The notes beneath the pieces were generated by a model. It had not been told where the DNA came from, did not search any database, and worked only from the letters and a program-made list of their open reading frames with translations. Positions 52,247 through 63,800 of a stretch of DNA of 64,000 bases are shown piece by piece. Numbering within the stretch: the first letter of the stretch is position 1; the number at the start of each line of letters is the position of its first letter. Origin of the DNA: Blepharisma stoltei ATCC 30299 (Eukaryota > Protista > Ciliophora); NCBI GenBank assembly GCA_965603825.1, contig CBFDEM010000001.1, positions 186,001 to 250,000 on the forward strand, given 5' to 3'. Position numbers and translations under genes: made by a program.

Positions 52247-53995
52247 TTAAGTACTATGGTCAGGAATAAGGCCCCTATGGTACCTAACAGTGAACTTTTG
52301 TATAATATTAAGCAAGTAATAGTAAGTAATATATTTCTTTATATAAAATATCATCAAAGCAGACGAATATCGACTCCCCCTTTTCAAACTTAGACTTTCA
52401 TCACTTGCTTCTTTATCAAATATTTTTGCCATATATAAATTTTCCTTATTTTTGAAAATAAATGCAAACAAATTATACTCGTCTTCATTGACAAAGATCC
52501 TTCTTTCTAAGATGCATTGTCTATTCTTGATTTTACTATTTAGATTATTGGGATCATCTTCAAAAACTAAATATTTAGGTAAGGTCAAAAAAACGGTACT
52601 GCAGTTCATTCGCTGAATTTCCATACAACTTGCGCAATGCTCTGCCTTTTCACTTTTATATGATTCTAAAGAAGATTTGATAAAAGATTGGATACTAGTA
52701 AAAGGCAAATCCTTTAGTTGAAACCAAAGATAAAATTCGTTAGTGTCTCTTAATGAGGAATTGCAGAATTCACAACAAGTGATCTTAGATAATTGAAAAT
52801 CAAATAAGTTTGGTGGCGATTTTTCAAAGCCAAACTCATTAAGAAAATGATTGAATAGATCAGCAGGACTTTTGTAAAGTTGAGGGATATCTATTCTTCT
52901 TGAGAATCCCTTGAAAAATTCGAATAAAACGTTCTTCATGTACTCTTGATTGTGATTTTTATAAGGTTTCAAAAGATAAAGCAATTTGTTTCTTACATCG
53001 TTGACTCTGCTTTTAATTTCTTTGCTTAAGTCAATAAAATGCTCTAAAACTTGGCTAAGACTTTTAAATGATGATATGTAGAGGTTTCATTGTTCAGGTT
53101 CATATTGAGTATCTCATGTTTCTGTGGTATTAGCAACACTTCTAGCCTTTGTATGATGAGAATCTGTGTTAGAATAACTTGAATACTTACCAGATCTAGG
53201 AATACTTTTTATTGAATCTGTATTTGAATAGCTAAAAGTTCGGGCTGTTTCAGAACTTTTTCTTCTAAAATAATCAAGGCATTTGGCTGGATCATAATCT
53301 CTTGGCTTTATCATTCGAATACCTTCTTTTTCTTTTATCGTGTAGCTCCCACTTTCTTCATCTGAGTAATATGCATTTGCTATATATTTTCGACTCATAA
53401 AAGCCTCATCGTATATTTCTTGTAGCCTATTTCTATCTTTTTCTATTTCTTTATTGACATTATAATATGATGCATCACTTAAAACCTTGATTTTACGTTC
53501 CAATAATCGCTTTTCTAAATCAAGCAGATCCAATCTATGAGCAATTTGCTGTGATTTTATAGAATTTTCATATTTTTGCTGGAATTTAAATGCACCTTGA
53601 TGTTCTTGCAATTGATTTTTGTAATGCTCAATTTTATCATCATACTCACTCCTCAGCTTTAAATACATATCGTCATGTTTATCCAATGTATTTTTATATT
53701 CTTCGACTTGCTTAATATAAAATTCTGACAAAAATTTATATTCTTTATGCTTTTCAAGCTTTTCTAAAGCTGCATTTTTGTCTTCTTCAAGGACTTCTAT
53801 TTTTTGCTTACAGTCTTTGAGTTCTGACTCAAGAGTTTCGATCTTATTTTTTGCGAGTTTTAATTCTCACTCAATATCCGAGTGATTGCGAGAAGGCAAA
53901 GGTTGATATGTTATGGGTCTCTCCTCAGAAAAATCTGGCAGCTCTGGCTCTTTTTTTCTTTTCTTTCCTCTTTCCTTAGATGACTTCATTCCCAT
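52247..53995 (-). CDS. Coiled-coil + catalytically degenerate USP-like domain protein (~582 aa)
   Basis: One frame from ATG 53995 (MGMKSSK) with TGA=Trp. Contains CEFC and CASC pairs, FLTLPKYLVF, YNLFAFI and ALMIFYIK. Confidence 0.68.
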
Positions 53996-54152
53996 AAATA
54001 TTTATAGAGGAAATTAAGCCTAACCAGCTTTCATAGAAAAATATGAAAACTATAAGAAAGTGCCACTTTGCAAACATGATACCATTATTAATTTTAAGGA
54101 AAAGAATAATATCTGTAAGTTATTTAAAATTTATTCTTTAAGATTATATAAT

Positions 54153-54980
54153 ATGTCAACTTTTATCACTGCCCTGCCTAAATCAGCCCAACCTCCTCTG
54201 CTTCTTAAGCAGAAATCCACGACAAGTCTAAAAGAAATGAGAATCTCTCTAGATACTTTAATTACTAAATGCAAAACCCTTGAAAAATTGACCCATAGAG
54301 AGAGACTAGACGCAGCATCTTCAAATTATATAAATTCAAAAAGATCCAATGATTTATTACACATTTCTGATGAATTTGCTAACTTTTTAATTCATGATGA
54401 AGAATACATTAAAGGGAAAAACAGGCTAAACCAGCATTCATCTGAGCGAAAACTAAAAGAATTTTCTGATCAAATTAAAGCTTTATCTGCAAGATATGTA
54501 AATAAAAAAAATCAACAATCAGAAAAATCATTTTGATCTTTTGAAAAATTAGAGCCGCTTTCACAGATTTTAACTACTTATAGAAGAGATTTTGGAAGTC
54601 CTATTATAACCCCAATTAAAAAAAATAATGTTTTGCTTTCGATGAATGAAATGAGCACCAAAAGTGATAAATCACTGGATAAGAAATATAAAATTCATAT
54701 AAGGAACAAACTAAAGCTAAACATATCAAAAACAATAAAGCCTAAAATTAAAGAGAATAAAAACAGTATTAATAGTCAAGAACAAGCCGCGAAAACTAAA
54801 GTTCCTGTGCCAATAATTCAGAAAATCAAATCCATGGAGGTAAATGAATCTTTTGAGAAGGATTTTTTTGCAAATAGAGGAGATATTGAAAGCAAGATTA
54901 AGATTGAGAAATTAATCTCAACAAATGTGCGAAAAGAAAGAAAAACTGCTCAGATGATTAGATCTGGGAAACTTTTATAA
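54153..54980 (+). CDS. Hypothetical Lys/Ser-rich protein (~275 aa)
   Basis: Two same-frame ORFs joined through TGA 54534-54536. Confidence 0.65.
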
Positions 54981-55138
54981 GCGTTATAATGGCTCTTATA
55001 AAGGTGGCTATTTATTTTTATATAAAGCAAATTAATATATAAAATATACTATTTATGAATGAAAAATTTCTTAATTTATTTATTGGTAACAGAAATAGTC
55101 AGCAGCTTAACTCTATTTAATATTTTTATAATAGCGAT

Positions 55139-57826
55139 ATGTCCAGTTCATCTTCAGACTTTGATAGTGACGTAGATTTTTCTGACGACTCAGAATTAGA
55201 TGTAGATGAAGGAACAACCATTGCTAAAATTTCAGGCAGCATTTCAATTAGCGACTTACCAGAATCCAAAACATTAGATGATCCTGTTCAAACTAATCCT
55301 TCTGTTAAGACTGATTCTACTGTTACTGCGGATAAAAAAGAAATTAAGCTAGGACAATTTCCTAGTCCTCCTGCACCTGTAAAGCCTAATGTAAAAAGCC
55401 AACGACCTTCAAGTCTAAGCAGAATTCCATTATTAAATAAAGAAACCACAAACCAAAATACTTATGATATAGACCGACTAATGAATCCAAAGGTTCAAAA
55501 ATCAGCTTTAAGGACATTAGGCTTGGAAAAACGCATTTCTCTGCCTAAATATAAAAATATTAGCTTAGAAAGTCGCCCTAATGCAGCTCCAAAGACTACT
55601 GATGTAGCTGATAGGCTTTTAGCGGACTGAGAAAAAATAAAAAATAAAAAATCAGCACAAAAGGAGCAAGCTGAAAAAGAAGAACTTGAAAAATGCACGT
55701 TTAAGCCAGTCATTAATACTCAAGCAAGGAGTAGAACACATGAAGAATTTTATGATGACATGAAGAGGTTTTTAGATGACAAGCTAAATCGAATTAAAAA
55801 TAAACAAGAAGAAAATGAGCAGCTTATCAGAACACAAAGCCAAGAATTACCATTTCGACCATCGCTATGTCCTAACTCTATAAAGATTGAATCTATGAAA
55901 TCAGGGAATAATTATCCAAGATATGAGAAACTTTATCAACTTCACAAATCCAAAGACAACCAAGGCTTGCAGAGTGCTTTAAAAGAAAAATCGACTGACT
56001 CAATGCAGCTATCTCAATCCACTGAGGATTCTCAAATTCTATTTCATCCTTCAGTTAATGAAAGATCGAAAAAATTAATCAGAAACTCCTCAATTGAAAA
56101 CATTTTATATGAAGATGCTTTAAGAAGGCACAATAAAAGCTTGAACCCTTCTCCTATAAGGATTCAAAATAAAATCATAAGTGATAAATCAGAAAAAGTG
56201 CTAATGGAGAAGTTAAAAAATGATTTTGAAGATGGATGGATTTATATTGACATTGATAACACCAAGCTGGTTTCATATACCAGAATGCTTGAAGTGCTCA
56301 GATCTATGCATTTCTTAGCGAATCCTAAAAAGCAAGAGGAATCTAGACTGCTTACTTTGGAGCTCTGGAAATATTTAGAAACCAGCAGCAAGCCTCCTAC
56401 TAAAGAATCCCTTTTTGTTATAATTAATGCTATTATGGGGTTTTACCAGCCTTGAATGGAAAACCCAGAAAAATACCCTAACAGGATAAATCTATCTGAA
56501 GCCACTGCAAAAAAGCTCCACTTAAAATACAGTTTACTTTATGATAACCGATTATCAGTTGTAAATAAAAGCACAGCAAATAAAACGTATAAAGAAAGCT
56601 TAGACTGCACTTTTAGACCTCAGCTTTCAGTGATGTCGGAAAGACTTGCAACTTTATCAGTAGACAGCAGAAGAAGCTCAAGCTCATTAGCCACTGAACT
56701 TCATCGAGAAAAAATTTTACTTCAAGAAAAACAGGCAGCTTTGAAACTGAAATTTGAAGCATTGGATTCTAAAGAATGCACATTCGCTCCCAGGATAAAA
56801 GATCTGCCTAAAACTTACCAGCAGTCAAAAACAACAGAAAAAGAAACATTGTCAAAGGATTATAAGAATATTTTAAATAGTGCTCCAAATAAGGTTGATA
56901 GAGCGGCTGCACTTTTTTCGCTGGCATCGCTAGAAAAAAATAAAAAAGAAAATAAATATAAGCCATTTGAAGAGCAAGAATTAGAGAAAAATAAAAATGA
57001 GCTGACGTTTAAACCGAAGCTTTATACAAGAGAAGAGCCTGATGCGGTACCTGATGAGCAGCCTGGTGTGCAAGAAATGGTAGCTAGATTAAGATATGCA
57101 AGGAAAGATCAGGAAAATGATAAAAATTTAAGAGAAAAAGGATGGACAAGATCCCCTGAAAATGATGTGAAGCAAAATATAGTGACTCAGGAAACTAGAG
57201 GTAGAAAACTATCGTCAAGACCTCCACAAAAACAGCCAGATAAAAGTGCTAAAGATAAAGAAACTAAGAAAATCTTTCCAAAAGAATCGAAAAATCTTCT
57301 ACCCAAGTCTCAAATTCCAAAACCAAGCAATCATAAAATTCCTATCCCTCTCAGCAAAGAAAAGCCCGAGAGCAGCCCTCATGAAAATATTGAGTGTCAA
57401 GCAGATCCTATTCATGACCAAGCTCCTTGTTCATCAGCACCTCCATCAGAGCTATTTAACGGTTTTGACTATATGAATGATTCAGGCTCCAGTCTAGAAA
57501 ATGGAAAATTCATATCAAATGAAGTCATTTATGAAGACGAAGAAATGGAAAATATATCAGATGAGGATGAGTTTAATGGAGGTCTTGAACAATTTGAAGA
57601 AGAAAATGAAGTCACTGAAGGAAACGAAGAAACTTTGTATGGAAGTGAAGACGAAAACGATTTGCACATTGAAATAAATTTGGGAAATGGAAAAACAGAA
57701 CATTTAAACATAAAAGAAGGAATGGATTTAGAAGAAGTTGTAGAAGATTTTGCGAAGCAGCATGGGATCACGGTAGAGTCAAAGCTAAAAATACTGCAGC
57801 TTGTGAAGAATCTTCCTGCTACTTAA
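55139..57826 (+). CDS. ~895-aa protein with repeated (C/L)TF(K/R)P motifs and an acidic tail; likely cytoskeletal
   Basis: Three same-frame ORFs joined through TGA. Motifs KCTFKP, LPFRP, LFHP, DCTFRP, ECTFAP and ELTFKP. Confidence 0.8.
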
Positions 57827-58089
57827 AATTGTCATTTATTCTATAACATAAACCTGAAAATTTTGATTTATATAATAGATAAAAATTTTAAATTTGATAT
57901 GTTTGGAAGGATAGATCGGTGCTTGCCAAAATTATACTTTTTCTCTATATTAATCTTGATAATACATGAATATTTAGATTCATGCTCAACTCAGGGCAGT
58001 AACTTATTGATTCAAAGCTCAAGACATTTCATTTATACTGATTTCTTTTATTCGCCTTACGTATTATATTAATATCTACCTTAAGCATA

Positions 58090-58932
58090 ATGTTTGGCTT
58101 ATTTGGCAGAAAGAAACCAAAGGTATTACGCGAATTCACCCATGGAACGACAAAACTTCAAATTGTGAGAAATTCAATCAGTAAAGAGAATGTTGGAGCG
58201 ATTGTTAACATCACAAATGCCACTTTAGATCAACCAGATGGAGTTGCAAAAGAAATAATAAGCAATGGAAGCCACCAGATGCTGCTTGAGTGTAGAAAGT
58301 GGGTAATGGACAATGGTCAGCTTGCTCCTGGACATATAGCCGTAACATCAGGAGGAAAACTTGCAGCAATTCATATTATGCACCTTTCAAGCCCCACATA
58401 TCAAAGATCGCTACCTGGACAAGACTCAAATCTTAGAGAACTGATATGAAGCGTCCTCACAAGAGGTGAAGAATTGGGAATAAATTCTATAGCATTACCT
58501 CCATTTTGTATAGGCGCATTTGGTTATCCCCTTGATATAGTTGTTCCTGTTATGCTAGATACAGTTCAGCAATATCTTCTTTCCCATGAAGGTACCAAAT
58601 ACAACTTAGTCAAATTTGCAAGCCAAGAAAAATCTGTATATGAAGTCTTTGTAAGTGAGTTTGAAAAAAGATGGCCTGACTCAATCCCTCAAGGCAAAAA
58701 GAAAGCTAAGAAGACTCGACAGCTTGCCTCGTCTCTAACCCCAGGAATGGATAGACTTGTTGAACGTGAAATAGAAAGGCAAAGAGGTACCTCTCCTAAG
58801 ATGCAAAAAGCTAAAGCAAAGCCTGCAAAGAAATCTAAAAAGGGAGAAAAGAATGATCAAGATATCGAGCTCAAAGATGGAGTTAACATGGAGGCTTTAA
58901 GAAGTGTCCCTTATAAAGAAGATAGAATCTAA
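58090..58932 (+). CDS. Degenerate macrodomain protein with a basic tail
   Basis: GAIVNITN..DGVAKEI, AVTSGGKLAAIHIMH and SIALPPFCIGAFGYP; joined through TGA 58447-58449. Confidence 0.85.
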
Positions 58933-58962
58933 TTAACTTTTCTTATATATTTTGTTTTAAAA

Positions 58963-59700
58963 ATGGAGTCTAAATTTAAAAGAAATCCGTTGAAGATTCA
59001 ACTGTCATCAAGCAATGAAAGTTTAAAGTTTTTTGAAGAGTCAGGGTTGTTAAGTTGCTACGAATTCGATGACATTGTAAATCTAAACGAGAGTCCTCAC
59101 AGCAAGTTAATTAAAGAGCTTCAAGCTCAGCTTGATATTGTTAATGAAGATAGAGAAAGGCTAAAACAAGAAAATGAAAAATTAAAAACTGATAATTTTT
59201 CAAATGTCCAAAAGGCCGTTAGCAAAATGCATGACGTTCAATTTGAGCTTGTCAAGAAAATTGCTGCAGACACACGAGAAGTGAATATGACGTTAAATGA
59301 AGAAATTAAAAGGCTTAAAGAAGATTCTGAAAGCAAAGATAAACTGCTTAGCTTGATGAGGGCACTATTAGGGGAAACTAATCTGCAGAATCCATTTGTG
59401 CTATCCTCGAAGGAAAATAGACTTTCAAGTATCCCAAAAAGGAAAACTTACAGTATGTTTGGATTAACTGAGACAGATAAAAAGCGCAATGAAAGCGAAA
59501 AACCAAAGCAAGAGAAAAAACAAGATATGGATATTCATTGTATGCAAGAAAATTCTCCAATTAAAATATGTTTAGGACCAAACACGTCCAGAATTAAAGT
59601 ATCAAGAAATGTGCTAAAATATCCAAGATCAAGAATTCCAATTAGAACTGTCACTCCACCAAATTATTCTAGCAGATCTGTATCTCCTGTACCAAATTAG
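58963..59700 (+). CDS. Hypothetical coiled-coil protein (245 aa)
   Basis: Intact ATG..TAG ORF with a heptad-rich centre. Confidence 0.7.
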   Translation: MESKFKRNPLKIQLSSSNESLKFFEESGLLSCYEFDDIVNLNESPHSKLIKELQAQLDIVNEDRERLKQENEKLKTDNFSNVQKAVSKMHDVQFELVKKIAADTREVNMTLNEEIKRLKEDSESKDKLLSLMRALLGETNLQNPFVLSSKENRLSSIPKRKTYSMFGLTETDKKRNESEKPKQEKKQDMDIHCMQENSPIKICLGPNTSRIKVSRNVLKYPRSRIPIRTVTPPNYSSRSVSPVPN

Positions 59701-59791
59701 CAGTAATTAATTAATGCAATATTTATTAACTATTAATTGTGAATATTAGAAATTTAATAGTTTTGTTGATCAACAATGAATAATAAAATAG

Positions 59792-59863
59792 TCCAAGGTC
59801 GGGAGTTGAACCCGATGTATAACACGATGAGAGCGGCATGCTTCGGCCCCGGGCCACCCTGGA
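59792..59863 (-). ncRNA. tRNA-like RNA 1 (tRNA-Glu(CTC)-like, with non-canonical D and anticodon arms)
   Basis: Acceptor TCCAGGG/CCTTGGA, T arm TCGGG-TTCAACT-CCCGA, CTCTCAT at the anticodon-loop position, followed by CTATTTT. Confidence 0.72.
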
Positions 59864-60554
59864 TTGAAACAAAATAACTGCAAAATTATAAATATTTTTC
59901 AAATGTGGTTTTGACATAGGATTCTTTAATCCAAGCTAATCTAGCATACTATAGTTTATTGTTTAATCATAAATTCTGAAAATTAATTGAGCTAGCCTAA
60001 TGCAGAATTAAGGGTAAAGTAAATGCGTATTTTTCATAATTTTCAATTTACTAAAACTTAAGTTAAGTTTTGAAAGTGAATCAATCTATGTATTCTTCAT
60101 AAAAGATATTCTCAAATAATTTGTCATATATTTATAGAGGCGTCATCATCTAAGCTAATTCATAGTTAGCCAAGTATCGATAAGCAAAAGGTAATTAAGT
60201 TAATAATATATCTTTATTGCTCTTCAAACCTTAAAAGCCTACCTCAAACTTTTTAGATAATGTATTTTTAGCCATAATTGATTTATTTATTTGGAATTTT
60301 TGAAGATCAGATAACATCGGTATTATGTCTCAAGATATATATTTTTAATTTTTTGACAGAGGAATCTGAAAATCATACAGTATTTCAGATTTTAGCTCAA
60401 TCTAGTATATGCAAATCTATACATTTAATATAAAATAAATCTTTTTTCCTTATAACAAGCATTTGGATTTGGATATTAATAATTTTCGATTCAAAAGCAT
60501 TGGTTTTCCTGAAATGAAAGAACTATATATATCTCCGAATATAGTCAATATTAA

Positions 60555-60623
60555 TCCAAGGCTGGCGGGGCCAAACGAGGTTTCTCACTCCCTTCTTTCT
60601 CAGGTTCAACTCCTGACCTTGGA
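60555..60623 (+). ncRNA. tRNA-like RNA 2
   Basis: Acceptor TCCAAGG/CCTTGGA, T arm TCAGG-TTCAACT-CCTGA, followed by CTTTTTT. Confidence 0.72.
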
Positions 60624-60760
60624 CTTTTTTAAATAATAAATAATTATGCAGACTTATATAAATTGCTTAAAACTAATGATTGAAGGACTTTTAGAATTAT
60701 TTTGAAGCTCAAAGCATTAATAAACGATCTATATAATATCCCGCAAGCAGTTATTTTCAA

Positions 60761-60828
60761 TCCAGGGCTGGCGGGGCCAAAATATGTTTCTCACTCCTTA
60801 TTTCTCAGGTTCAACTCCTGACCCTGGA
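60761..60828 (+). ncRNA. tRNA-like RNA 3
   Basis: Acceptor TCCAGGG/CCCTGGA, T arm TCAGG-TTCAACT-CCTGA, followed by CCCTTTTT. Confidence 0.72.
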
Positions 60829-60873
60829 CCCTTTTTACAAATATCTATTAAATCTTTATTAACATTTATATAT

Positions 60874-63800
60874 TTAACTCATTCCGTTTCTCTGTTCGTC
60901 CAGGCTTTCGTTGCAATTCATACGCTCATTCACATTTTCTTCCACACGGGAATCGTCCAAGGGAGTTTGATTATGAGCTCTCAAACTAACTACAGAATTA
61001 TCCATCTCATTAGACTCATCTTTTTGGAATTTCAAAGCATCATAAATCTTATTTTTTGGTTTTCCAGCAGCTGGCACGAGCAAGCTTGGGAAATATTTTT
61101 TCTGAATAATTATAGTAACAATTGCTATAATGCCCCACCCGATAAATAAAGCAATAAACCATGCGATATTGTCTTGCTGCCCTGCATTGGAAAGGGTAGC
61201 TAAAAATGAAATATAGAAAACTCCTACAAGCGAAGCGAACTCCCATAAATTGCATCTTCCATAGTTGAAAGGCTTGATTTTATAAGTGATCACTGAGAAA
61301 CAGAAAATCAAAAATGAAAATAAAACTCCATGGGCTATTGGCTGTGATCCTTGAAGAGACTTTCCTACAGCAATAAGCAGAATTTGGACACATGTTTTAA
61401 AAAGAAGGAAAAATGGCTTGACCATTAAATTTACACCAGTTTTTGCTTGCTGCCAAAGAGGCCGAGAAAAAACTGCAATAGGCTGATAGCATGACAATGC
61501 AAGAGCTGACATGATGATATATGGATAATGGTCATCAGTTCAGCAATTCATATAGCAGTCTCTTCATACAAATGATTTGTCTTGTGCTTTGTGGTCACAT
61601 ACAAAGACATCAAGCAGCATTGTCATAAATGGCAAAAACATTGTGTTTCCGAAAAATGGTAAATACATCGTGTTTACTAAGCCCATAAATCTTTGACATA
61701 AAGGTACATGAATTAACCATTTTTCTGCATTTGCCATAATAAGTAATATTAAAAAGAACCAAGTGTAGCATAAAACTGACACAACAATAAGGAAGGTCCA
61801 ATAGGTCGATTTACTCCCTGACGTCATCTTCAGAAAATCGACCATAAAAATATTCGCGGCAACAGAAACAGCTGACTTCAGAGCAGGAAAAGTAGGGGAA
61901 ATTGCAATAAACTGGAAAAACTCAATTCCAATAGTAATAATTACCAAATTGTCTTTTCATGACCTTACAACAGGTTCAGTGATTTCTTGGTATTCCAGCT
62001 GTTTCCATTTTCTATAAGCGAAATAGCTAAGCACAAGGGTAAGTAAAAACAGCACAAAGCCAATAACAATTACAATGACGATGCCATCCCAATCAACAGA
62101 GACCATATTTTTCGCGAAGGGACAATCATATGAAGATGACCACTCATCAGATGGAGGAGATTTTCTATCTCCTCCAAATATCAAAGAAGTCCCTGTGACG
62201 CTAGAAAATACACTTGGGTTGCTTGGGTCATATATTTGTACAGTAATAATAGCATTTTTTTGCATATTTACAATAGAAAACCCAAACCCAGACCTATCAT
62301 TTGACCCATCTATAAACTTCACAACTCCACTTGCCCCAGTAAAATCAGCTGATCTGAGAGATTTGGTAAGGTCAGTACCTGAATTGAAGTCTTCACTGTT
62401 TGAAATCATCTCCGCTACTGTATATGCAATTAAATAGACAGTATCATAAGCATACATCCCATAAACTGAATAGTCACTTTTATACTTGGCAGCATAATTT
62501 GTTTCGAATTTACTGCCTGCATCACCAATAGCGCTTCTATATGTGATTCCAAAAGCCCCATTAAGCACTTCATAAATTTTTTTCGAGCTTGAGCTTTTCT
62601 CAATCAAAGCTTCCAGTTCATCAGTCAGCCATCTTGAGCCAACCCAAGAATAATCAGACCCATAAAGCTCCTTTTTATGTGCAGTAAGTGCAACTTGGTA
62701 GCCTACAGTGTGGTGGCCAATATAAATAATCACTTTAACTTGATGTCTGACTATGTTAGAAAGGGCTTCATCGACACTGTTTTTCGTTTTCGAAGTAAGG
62801 CCTAAATTTGGGTCATAAGTAATTCCTCGCTTACTCACATCATTTTTTACAGTAATTCCAAGAGTCTTTATGTTGCTCATAAAGGAGGAATATACATCAA
62901 TTCCGTATTCATCTAATGTATATATCACGCCAATTTTTTTCCAACCGATTTCTTGGATAAATAAAGCGAGTGCTACACCTTCTAAATCATCAGCTTCAAT
63001 GGTTCTTATGAGCTGAGGATAATTATCAGTGCTCGTTAAATTAGTTCATGTAGCCCCATAACTGATCAATGGTTTAGGATCTGAGGTGGCTGAAATCGCT
63101 TTTGAATATGCAACTGTTTCACTTGTGGTATACGGGCCTATATATGCTAAAATATTTAAGCTTGCAAGAGACTTTATATTTGATGCAGCTAAATCTGTAT
63201 TCATATAAGTGTCTTTATACTCAACAATAATTTGATAGTCACCCATAATTGTTAATGAGTTTACTTCAGAAACGCCAAGATCAAAGCCATTTTTTATAGC
63301 TGTAGCTCCAGCATATGTATTCCCATCCTGATCATGTGCAGGATATAATAAACAAATAGTAAGTAGCGGGATTTTGTCATTAGGAACTGTTGTAGTAAAG
63401 CCAGGCCAAATTATTGTGTTTTTAATAGTGACACTTCTTCCTGCTAAGTTCCAATAGCCTACATAATATTCTTGAAAATTTTGAATATTATAGATACTAT
63501 AGCTTGGGACTTTCATTCGGTTGGTATCAAATTTTATAGGATAATCCAAAGTAGGAGTTGAAGGGTTTGTTAAAATATAGTTCACAATTGCTTTCCCGGA
63601 AATCTTAGTTTGGGATAAATCTATTTGGGCTAGATATTGGCATATTAAAGTCAACGCTGAATAAATATTTCCCAAAAGGTGGCCTGATAAATATGCATCT
63701 TCAGGCGAAGAAAACCCAATTGCCCCTGATTTTAGTATCCCAAAAGTGCTTGAATCTAAGTCAGCATAGGAATTCATTGACACTTCTCCAAGATCAACCA

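Noticed and set aside
56476-56483. CCCTAACA telomere-like octamer
   Set aside because: Single unit inside a coding sequence; no tandem array.
59826-59840. TCA triplet in the loops of the tRNA-like RNAs as a UCA anticodon that decodes UGA
   Set aside because: TCA is preceded by C rather than U33, the canonical register gives CTC, and the loops are 10 nt with non-canonical stems. There is also no long variable arm as in tRNA-Sec.
1297-62437. Many short antisense or alternate-frame ORFs in the track (e.g. 1297-1554, 30782-31096, 38517-38804, 59726-59917, 60784-61149, 62075-62437)
   Set aside because: They are shadows of real genes or overlap the tRNA-like elements, and many use TTG/GTG starts not expected in a eukaryote.
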